Shown: piece after piece, positions 48,601 to 55,534 of the stretch | How positions within the stretch are numbered: position 1 is the stretch's first letter | How the letters are laid out: each line of letters opens with the position of its first letter | Origin: a virus | Virus record (IMG/VR): IMGVR_UViG_3300032247_000624 | Coordinates: 4,277 to 68,276 of that record | Length of the DNA: 64,000 nt | Strand: one strand, 5' to 3' | Made by a program: the position numbers and the translations under genes | Notes under the pieces: model-generated | What the model was told of the DNA's origin: nothing | Databases searched by the model: none | The model's input: only the letters and a program-made list of their open reading frames with translations

Positions 48601-51600
48601 TATGAAAAAATTAACAATTATTCTGTATCATCGGCAACTAGCCTTGGCGGCATATATGACCAACAATTGGGATGGAGTATCAGCAAACGCAAAGGTTCCA
48701 ATGTTGTAGTAGTGGGATCTCCAGGTTTTGAACAAAACGGAAATTATGGCCGTGTTACTGTGTATCTAACAAATAATAATGGCGGATTAACTAGAAAACT
48801 TTATTATTACCTAAACGAATTAAACGGTGTTGCTAACGCATTGAACACAGTTACGAGATTTGGACAATCTGTAGTCTATGATGATACAGCATTTGGATCA
48901 TCAACTTATGGATTGATTTTTGCTGGAGCCCCGTATGCTCAGACTATTAATGGCACTGTCGATTCAGGACTAGTAAAAGTTAGCAGTATAAATTCTGTAC
49001 TGCTTGAAGAAGTTCAGCAATACATTATAAAAAATCCTCAACCTACAAATTACGCTTTGTTTGGGTCTGGAATCTATGTACAAAGAACTACAAATTCAGA
49101 TAGTAAAACACTGGTTGTCACTGCTCCAGGTACCGTTAATACTGGCACAGGATCTGTATATGTTTATAATCTATTGGTCAGCAATGGTACCAGTACCGCT
49201 ACGCTTGCACATACAATAACACAGCCAGTAACAATTGGTAGTCAGTGGGGTTACAGTGTCAGCGGGTCTGATGACGCATCAATAATTGCTATCAGTGCGT
49301 TAGGCAACACCAATACACCAAGTTTTGTTAATGTGTATACTAATACAAACTTTACAACTCCTTGGCAAACAATAACATCAATAATTCCTCCTGGATCTAA
49401 TTTTGGACAGAAAGTTTTGGTATCTCCTGATGGAAACTATTTGTTTATCAGTGCCCCTTATTGCCGAAATCTTGATCAAAGTTATGGTTGTGTTTATGTC
49501 TACACCAAAGTAAATGGCAGTTATGAACTATCACAAACACTAAGTAATCCATCTGGCGTATCTGGAGTACATTTTGGTACTGATTTAGATATTACCGAAG
49601 CCAATGATTCATTGGTAATATCAAGCATGGGATCGGGTGTTCATGGCGCAACAGTCTTTGATGTTACATCATTATTTGGTGGAAACACAACATTTGATGC
49701 TGATTCTACAAAATTCTATGACGTAATCAATAATTCTGGTACAGCATATCTTTATAATCGACAAGCAGTTAGATTTGTGTTCTCCACAGAGCTATCTCCA
49801 GTGTCCATAGCAGATGGCACAGATTATGGCAAGAGTGTAGTAATTGATTCTAATGTGGTATTAGTTGGCGCCCCAGCAATTGACAATTCAGGCATAGATA
49901 GTTCTGTTTATTTGTTTAACAAGATTGATCCTACGGTTAATGGATGGCAATTGTTGAGAAGCCAGTCTGATCTTATTGCCACTGATACTATTCAACGAGT
50001 GAGATTGATCAATACTTCAACAGAAGAAATTGTAAATTATCTTGATGTAATTGATCCATTAAAGGGTCGTATTGCGGGCATGGCGGATCAAGAATTAACC
50101 TACAAAATGATTTCAGATCCTGCTACATATTCTGTTGGATCAACAGCAAATGCCATTAATACACTGACAAATTGGACTAATACTCATATTGGAGAATTAT
50201 GGTGGGATCTAAGCACTGTGAAATATCAATGGTATGAACAGGGCGAGGACACATTTAGAAAAAATACATGGGGGCATTTATTCCCCGGAGCAACCATTGA
50301 TGTTTATGAATGGGTCGGATCTAACCTGTTACCAAGTGAATGGAGTGTTTTGGCAGATACACCTGCAGGATTGATACAGGGAATTAGTGGCCAGCCAAAA
50401 AATATAGATGATAGTGCTTATTCTGTTGTTCGATCTTACGACACAGTAACGCAAACATTTAACAATTATACATATTATTATTGGGTAAAAAACAAAGTCA
50501 TAGTCCCGCCAGTGGCAAATAGACGAGTAAGCGCATATGATGTGGCTCGAGTAATTAAGGATCCTACAGCATATGGATTACAATATACAGGAATAATTTC
50601 TCCGAATTCTGTGTTGGTTGCCAACGTGGGCGAAGGACTTACAAATAGAAATATTAATTTGAATATTTCTATTGATAGAAAAGACAGTGTCATTCCTAAA
50701 CATACTGAATGGCTTTTGTTACAGGAAGGTAATGAAACTTCGTTGCCCAACTCGTTACTTGAAAAGAAATTGGTTGACAGTTTATTAGGACATGATAAGG
50801 TAGGCAATTTGGTTCCTGATCCAAAATTGACTTCTAGAACACGATATGGTATTGGCATTAGACCAAGACAAACAATGTTTGTTAACAGACTTGGTGCTTT
50901 GCGAAACCTAATTGAATTTGCCAACAATATTTTAATCAACAATATTGTTACAGGTAGTTATAATTTTTCTAAATTAAATTCTCAAGAGGAAATTCCACCC
51001 GTGTCCTCAAACTTGTACGATTACACACTTGAGGATACCAACGAGCTTGATACAATTGATCCAACATTGTTGTCCACTGCTGAGTTGACTTGTACTGTTT
51101 ATGAAGGTCGAGTACGATCAGTGGTCATAACTAATGCTGGGTATGGATATACTACACCGCCCACAGTGACTGTAGATGGTGTAGGTAGCGGAGCAGTAAT
51201 CACCACTGAGATTGATTCAAAAGGTCGAGTGGTACGTGCCATAGTGGCAAATTCTGGTCAAGGGTATGTGACAGCTCCTGTGCTAACTGTACGTCCTTAT
51301 TCAGTTGTAATTATATCAGACAGCACCTACAACGGCAAATGGGCTATATTCGTACGTGATGTAGAAAATAATAAATGGGTACGAGTGCGCACTCAAGCAC
51401 ACAACACCACATTGTATTGGAATTATGTTGATTGGTCAAGCAAGGACTTCAATCAGTATAAGGATTATACAATCACGGTTGATCATGTTTATCAAATTAA
51501 TTCTTTATCTTTAAACACTGGCAATTATGTTAAAGTTAAAAATAATGGCTTAGGTAATTCTATTATTTTAGAATATACTGATAGTGGGTTAGGAACATTT

Positions 51601-54600
51601 AGCAATAATTTTAATATTGTTCATGCTCAAAATGGCACCATACAAATTTCTGATAAAATTTGGGATACTAGAAACAACAGTCTAGCCTACGATGAGGTCA
51701 GCGCATATGATCAAACTCTTTATGATCAAACTCCTGACTTAGAATTAAATTACATATTAACCGCCCTGCGCGATAATATTTTTGTTAATGAATTAAAAGT
51801 TAATTGGAATTTATTCTTTTTTAAAGCAGTCAAATACGCATTTACAGAACAAAAACTATTAGATTGGGCGTTTAAAACATCATTTATCAGCATTACCAAT
51901 GAAGCCGGCAAGCTGTCCCAACCTCCAGTATATTTGGTAACTAGCAGTACAAATTTTGAAAACTATATTGAGGAAGTAAAACCATACCATACTCAAATTA
52001 GGAATTTTACAGAACAATACTCAGTTCTTGAACCCAGTACTACATATACTTCAGAACCTATTTTTAATCTTGACATCACATTAAAATTTGATAGGATTTC
52101 GTATTCCAGCCAACTTGGCAATACAACTACCACTGATCAATTTATATGTAATGGGTCGGCTACTTCGTTTGTGTTAAGCTGGCCCGCTGTTTCTAACAAG
52201 TCGTTAATTACTATGACATTAGACGGCCTGCGTGTGCTATGGTCAGATTATACGATTGAATATTTCACACAAGAATTCAATGGCTATACAAAAAAATACT
52301 GCCAAATTAAATTTTTAAACACTGTGCCTGGTATTGGGCAGTTATTAAAAATTACCTATGTTAAGGATGTCAGTATACAATCTGCTGCAGATAGGATTTT
52401 AAATTATTATACAGCCACTTCAGGCATGCCTGGACTGGATTTAGGGCAGTTGATGCTGGGCGTTGAATATCCTAGAACACAACTTCAAACTTTGGCATTC
52501 AATGCTACAACTGGATGGGACGAATCTAACGTACCGTTTGGCACAACTCCTTGGGGAAATGACATTGAGTATTATAGTAAAACTACATCAACTGCCCTTG
52601 CTTCTGTAGGCACAGATACCGTATCATTGTTTACAGCATCAACTGCCTTAGTTGGGCAGTATGCAAACATTATTAGTACAATCACTAATGTATTTTATTC
52701 AACTGATGTAACTGTGACTGCTGTTAACGGAGCAAAAGTTATATTCAGTAGCACATTGACATCTGTGGTGCCTGCTGGCGCAGTTATTGAATTTTACAAT
52801 GTGGGGTCTAACTCTGTATTATTGGATACATCAATTGATGGCGGAACTTGGACAGGCACAAACGCAGCCATATTGACAGGGGCATTGGGCGTTAACCCCA
52901 GTGATATCATTATTGATGGCGGGTCTACCAGCACTGCTAGAGTAGGCGATGGTTTCATAAATTCTGATGATAGTTATGCTCCAGAAGAGCTGGTAGCTGG
53001 TGCCACAAGTGATAGTCTTGGAATTAACGTTTATACTAAAACACCATCTGGTGCTCCAATAATTATTTCTGGTAATTTCAATGTTGTTGGCGGAACCACT
53101 AGCACAATTACTTTACCAGTTCTACCAACTACAACAGCAAGTATAACAGTTACTGACGGTTTCCAAGCACTATATACATACACTACTGCCACTGATTTGA
53201 TATCTGGGCAGTTCAGCATTGATTGGACAACTAGTCAATTAAATGTCTACGCAAATTACAGTGCTGTCATTGGCTACACAATTATCAGTGTGGGCGGCGG
53301 TAGCGGCAACGATGCCGGAGTAGTTGGGTATAATTCCATTACAGTGACAGATGCGTTTGACGCTCAAGTTTATTGTAATTCTCAATTTGGGTCTGTTAAC
53401 AGCGCATTTGTCACAGTCAATGGAGGGTCAGTACAACCACAAACTACATCAACTGGTTATGGCTATATATTGGGACCTGTGCTGGAAGGTGTTGATAACC
53501 GTGCGGCAGTGACCGTTCACAATTTGCCTCCTGGAACAAATACTATACAGGCGTGGTTCTTTACATCTGCCCATAGTTATTTTAATGAAATTGTTGATCA
53601 GTTTATATCAATTACAGATGGCGCCGTTGATACCTATGCTCTAAATCCAGCACCAGGAAATGTTGGTCCAGCAGTGGCAAACGTCATTGTCCAACAAAAT
53701 TCAAAACAATTGGTGGGACCATATGTAAGTTATTACACAGTGACAAATGATAACCTAACATTCAAAATCAATAATAGTAGACCAAGACCAACTGGAGTTT
53801 ATGCCATTGCCAACAACAGTGTTGAAGTCTATGTCAATGGAATTAAACTAAGCGGTGGATTTGATTTTACCGTGGATAACTTAGCCGACACAATAACTAT
53901 CAGTTACAGTGGTGTATCAAATGGAGATGTGGTTGCTGTTGTTGATTTGTATCAACAACCAGGTGACAACTATGATTTTAACATTGAGGGATCTAATTTA
54001 ATACTGGCAAGTCCCACACCTGGAACTACTATTAGGGTCATAACATTTACTGACCAGGATGGTATGTTATTGAGAACAGAACGATTCAAAGGAACTATAT
54101 CTAATCAATTTAAGATCACTGCTCCGCCCTTGAACACAAATTATTTGTGGTTGTTGTTAAATGGAGTTCCGTTGGTTAACAATGTAGATTATCAAATTTT
54201 AAATGACGGTGTGACCATACAGATCAGTGACAAATATCTAATAGGTGTAGCTAACACTATAGTTATAACATACCTTGCCAACCAAACATTGGCATCCACT
54301 GTATTGGGTTATAGAATTTTCAATGACATTTTTAACAGAACTTCTTTTAAACGTATATCTGCGCAAAATTCTACATATCTAACGCAGCCTTTACAGTTAA
54401 CAGATACAGAAATACATGTCAACGATGCCAGTGTATTAACACCTTCTGTACCTTCTAAGAAGATTCCAGGTGTGGTAATAATTGCTGGGGAACGTATTGA
54501 ATTCTTTGTAATTACTGGAAATGTTCTTAGCCAGTTACGTAGAGCCACTTTGGGAACTAGCCCTAAAACTTATTCAGACATTTACACAGTAGTCATTGAC

Positions 54601-55533
54601 CAAAGTCCAAGTCAAACTATACCATTCAATGAACACATTTATACCCAAACATTGTATACAACTAGCACAACTGCTACATACACAATCTTAACTGCTACCA
54701 GTACATCGACTGGGGATGGTATTACTCTTTCTTCTGGAATACCTGCTATGGATCAAATACAGGTATATTATGGCGGATATCAGTTGAATAAAGTGGGTAC
54801 ATATTACCAGGATACAACACGTTCATATGATAGTCCAAAATTTAATATTGCTGGGTTCACTTCTACCGAAGCAGTATTGCCGTCAATCACTGTGATAAAC
54901 ACAGCATACGTTGTTACAAGCACAAATCAAGTTTGGATTTATACCAATTCAATCAGTGCTGATGCTATAAATGGGTATACCTATACTGGGTTGAACTATC
55001 TACCACCTGAGTTCAGTATCACTGCTACGCAGATAACCGTTGGGGCTATCGCAGTAGATGTACTTGGTGCCCAACCACCTAATGGTTCAGGGTGGGTGTT
55101 GTCTCAAAACACCGCCACTCAGCAGATAGCTGCAGGATGGACATTGATTGATGCTAACGGCGCCAAGTATCCCATTATTTCGGCAGGGCATAACAGTCTA
55201 TTTAATGGATGGGGATTTGGACTTGCCCAGGCAGCCACCATAGCTTGGCCCTTGACCTTTGTAAGTCCAGTCAGTCAACAAATTACGTTAAATACACTAC
55301 AAGGAGTAGGGGATAATATCAAATTGGTTATTATTAAGAAAGAATTCTCAGATACCACATTATGGAACAATGGTATTTCATTGTTGGATAGCACAACTGA
55401 ACAGGCCAAATTTATACAAGCCCGTCCAGCGGTATTGCCAAATAGCTACTATGGCGGTGGTGACCCTGATATAACAATTGAAACAGGATTTGTATTAACA
55501 GATCAAAATAATAACCCGATCGAAGGATTATAA
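42673..55533 (+). CDS. Giant multidomain baseplate protein (gp7-like position, 4286 aa)
   Basis: Follows gp6. Contains EVKPYHT, VYVNG Ig-like repeats, FG-GAP propeller repeats, CBM-like aromatic modules, an FCCH-like module and GxGY-T-x-x-P repeats. Confidence 0.8.
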   Translation: MNTSTFQSVSLLPSYFQTDKNTKFLSSTIDQLIRPAQLERIDGFIGSKVTPNYVSTTDNYISNFSPIRSAYNLEPALVINDINSNIKEVVAYDDLINQIAVSGGITDNLDRLFRSEFYSYNPHIDWDKLVNYQEYYWLVTGPDSVTIRDDVLDVDEDVVGKSGFTTSIGTATIALSNGMLIEFVGKNIASSYVNKKFFVEGVGTSIVLIDYNSLVTAGKISTIYNESFDGAGFDEYPFDGNKSLPISPEYITINRASKDLNAWSRYNRWVHQDVITASALANGVQAVYPALQRATRPIIEFKANLQLFNFGDRAIANVDWIDTETTNVFKSAEGAWGYFVDFDKINPKLLGHGDRVIFTNDPDPLVKDKVWIVNYNTPGFSNKKRLALVPALDHTPVKGNCVSIVNGGQYAGSSWWYNGTDWVYAQQHTKLNEPPLFDLFDDLGNSYSDSSHYISDFTGNQIFGYTSGDVYDKVLGFKIKYQNSVSIGSYLFTNYFNSGIINVSQGQNSSAVSTAVTYCKFSEDTGNIYANVWTQTSGYQTPILQFQSTSDTTSTIAITAVDKFSSKDHVEVFVDFKKLSNKEFTVSTVSAKTVVSFATPLVKGTNVLFKLYSMSPLSNNTGYYESPLGLTNNPLNGLLKSVTLTDLQQHIQTMAEGSPNFSGKFPGLSNLRDISGVEQHGRRLISNVNPIPFAQMFIGKKEHNVINALTKAADQYNQYKLGFLKQLLILGNQSDPILAVDQALAAMNVSMNLLSPYYLSDMVPYGTDVTSRTWTVTDSRNVTYPLGFDFDPTVLSLKAMLVYVNGEQLLINIDYKFNVDDSSITILKSLTPGDVLTVNQYPDTSGSYVPPTPTKLGLYPKFAPSIYLDDTYADVPVKVIQGHDGSIMVAYNDYRDAIVLEFEKRIYNNIKTQYRSDLFDINTIVPGAFVSNDYLLSEVNTILSRDFIKWAGAYGVDYTENLSFNQDNKFTWNYAGSYNELLGVPVNGYWRGIYKYFYGTDRPHTCPWEMLGFSEQPSWWTDQYGPAPYTSGNAVLWQDLESGRNASTDTINVLYARPGLSNILPVDEYGNLLDPTVNLLVNYTPAGEQQNWVFGDQSPAETTWRRSSYFPFAVQKLLALTRPATYASLMYDTSRIKKNIAGQWTYGTNLDYSFLSLKNITLQGVNNALTAGYSVYVSEVGRQRTQNYNSELQSDLDYFAYNLFHKVGGFVSQNTLQVTINAIDPTATSPGALLAPQDYSLILNVSNPISYSSISGIILQKVNGSFVVKGYDQTDPYFNVYGPLRNSSTPTINVGGVTAPFVTWSNSNNYGQTGLTADQTTTANTAPTGKFYHKGQYVQYGNNFYIVTVAHQSENTFNPALYQQIPSLPITGGATVQIANGFDNDIVQIPYGTTFNTIQEVYDFIIGYGAWLTDQGFVFDLYNADFGTNIDWNFTAKEFLYWSTQNWADNSVIALSPFAEKVQFISPDSAVDDIFDPFYSYNVMSANGTLIPKNRISITRQDGVCTISALNSNDGIYFAVFRNVQKEHGMVFNNTTIFDNTAYSIETGFYQQRMKISGFRTASWNGDYFSPGFIYDTAHVSNWSQHANYNAGDAVYYSGNYYSAINNIDGAQTFDFTKWQLLPKKPVAGLLPNLDYKISQFQDFYSLDIDNFDSGQQHAAQHLTGYTPRPYLTNIIIDPIAQYKFYQGYIREKGTYNAIAKLAKASVQNLQGNFTYNEEWAFRVGQYGSYSSYQELEVPLVEGTFIDNPQVVVFTETTPPVSAYDLKVYSTATDWQITPPNYVSSMTFAVNSGTLINNNFVLPTAGYVRIDDASYTTLNLNTLINVASNAANPFKEGDTIWLGFKQDNDWDILRYTESAAQIVEVDVNVPGVDLTVMTNNPHGLVNGELISIAEFNSSVDGVYMVTGVPSQTSFLVSSTATYTSNFASTTTVGLLFKFDSFRFNTFDNLPNDSTLLKLPNNTKVWVDDIGNGQWGVYEKINNYSVSSATSLGGIYDQQLGWSISKRKGSNVVVVGSPGFEQNGNYGRVTVYLTNNNGGLTRKLYYYLNELNGVANALNTVTRFGQSVVYDDTAFGSSTYGLIFAGAPYAQTINGTVDSGLVKVSSINSVLLEEVQQYIIKNPQPTNYALFGSGIYVQRTTNSDSKTLVVTAPGTVNTGTGSVYVYNLLVSNGTSTATLAHTITQPVTIGSQWGYSVSGSDDASIIAISALGNTNTPSFVNVYTNTNFTTPWQTITSIIPPGSNFGQKVLVSPDGNYLFISAPYCRNLDQSYGCVYVYTKVNGSYELSQTLSNPSGVSGVHFGTDLDITEANDSLVISSMGSGVHGATVFDVTSLFGGNTTFDADSTKFYDVINNSGTAYLYNRQAVRFVFSTELSPVSIADGTDYGKSVVIDSNVVLVGAPAIDNSGIDSSVYLFNKIDPTVNGWQLLRSQSDLIATDTIQRVRLINTSTEEIVNYLDVIDPLKGRIAGMADQELTYKMISDPATYSVGSTANAINTLTNWTNTHIGELWWDLSTVKYQWYEQGEDTFRKNTWGHLFPGATIDVYEWVGSNLLPSEWSVLADTPAGLIQGISGQPKNIDDSAYSVVRSYDTVTQTFNNYTYYYWVKNKVIVPPVANRRVSAYDVARVIKDPTAYGLQYTGIISPNSVLVANVGEGLTNRNINLNISIDRKDSVIPKHTEWLLLQEGNETSLPNSLLEKKLVDSLLGHDKVGNLVPDPKLTSRTRYGIGIRPRQTMFVNRLGALRNLIEFANNILINNIVTGSYNFSKLNSQEEIPPVSSNLYDYTLEDTNELDTIDPTLLSTAELTCTVYEGRVRSVVITNAGYGYTTPPTVTVDGVGSGAVITTEIDSKGRVVRAIVANSGQGYVTAPVLTVRPYSVVIISDSTYNGKWAIFVRDVENNKWVRVRTQAHNTTLYWNYVDWSSKDFNQYKDYTITVDHVYQINSLSLNTGNYVKVKNNGLGNSIILEYTDSGLGTFSNNFNIVHAQNGTIQISDKIWDTRNNSLAYDEVSAYDQTLYDQTPDLELNYILTALRDNIFVNELKVNWNLFFFKAVKYAFTEQKLLDWAFKTSFISITNEAGKLSQPPVYLVTSSTNFENYIEEVKPYHTQIRNFTEQYSVLEPSTTYTSEPIFNLDITLKFDRISYSSQLGNTTTTDQFICNGSATSFVLSWPAVSNKSLITMTLDGLRVLWSDYTIEYFTQEFNGYTKKYCQIKFLNTVPGIGQLLKITYVKDVSIQSAADRILNYYTATSGMPGLDLGQLMLGVEYPRTQLQTLAFNATTGWDESNVPFGTTPWGNDIEYYSKTTSTALASVGTDTVSLFTASTALVGQYANIISTITNVFYSTDVTVTAVNGAKVIFSSTLTSVVPAGAVIEFYNVGSNSVLLDTSIDGGTWTGTNAAILTGALGVNPSDIIIDGGSTSTARVGDGFINSDDSYAPEELVAGATSDSLGINVYTKTPSGAPIIISGNFNVVGGTTSTITLPVLPTTTASITVTDGFQALYTYTTATDLISGQFSIDWTTSQLNVYANYSAVIGYTIISVGGGSGNDAGVVGYNSITVTDAFDAQVYCNSQFGSVNSAFVTVNGGSVQPQTTSTGYGYILGPVLEGVDNRAAVTVHNLPPGTNTIQAWFFTSAHSYFNEIVDQFISITDGAVDTYALNPAPGNVGPAVANVIVQQNSKQLVGPYVSYYTVTNDNLTFKINNSRPRPTGVYAIANNSVEVYVNGIKLSGGFDFTVDNLADTITISYSGVSNGDVVAVVDLYQQPGDNYDFNIEGSNLILASPTPGTTIRVITFTDQDGMLLRTERFKGTISNQFKITAPPLNTNYLWLLLNGVPLVNNVDYQILNDGVTIQISDKYLIGVANTIVITYLANQTLASTVLGYRIFNDIFNRTSFKRISAQNSTYLTQPLQLTDTEIHVNDASVLTPSVPSKKIPGVVIIAGERIEFFVITGNVLSQLRRATLGTSPKTYSDIYTVVIDQSPSQTIPFNEHIYTQTLYTTSTTATYTILTATSTSTGDGITLSSGIPAMDQIQVYYGGYQLNKVGTYYQDTTRSYDSPKFNIAGFTSTEAVLPSITVINTAYVVTSTNQVWIYTNSISADAINGYTYTGLNYLPPEFSITATQITVGAIAVDVLGAQPPNGSGWVLSQNTATQQIAAGWTLIDANGAKYPIISAGHNSLFNGWGFGLAQAATIAWPLTFVSPVSQQITLNTLQGVGDNIKLVIIKKEFSDTTLWNNGISLLDSTTEQAKFIQARPAVLPNSYYGGGDPDITIETGFVLTDQNNNPIEGL

Positions 55534-55534
55534 A

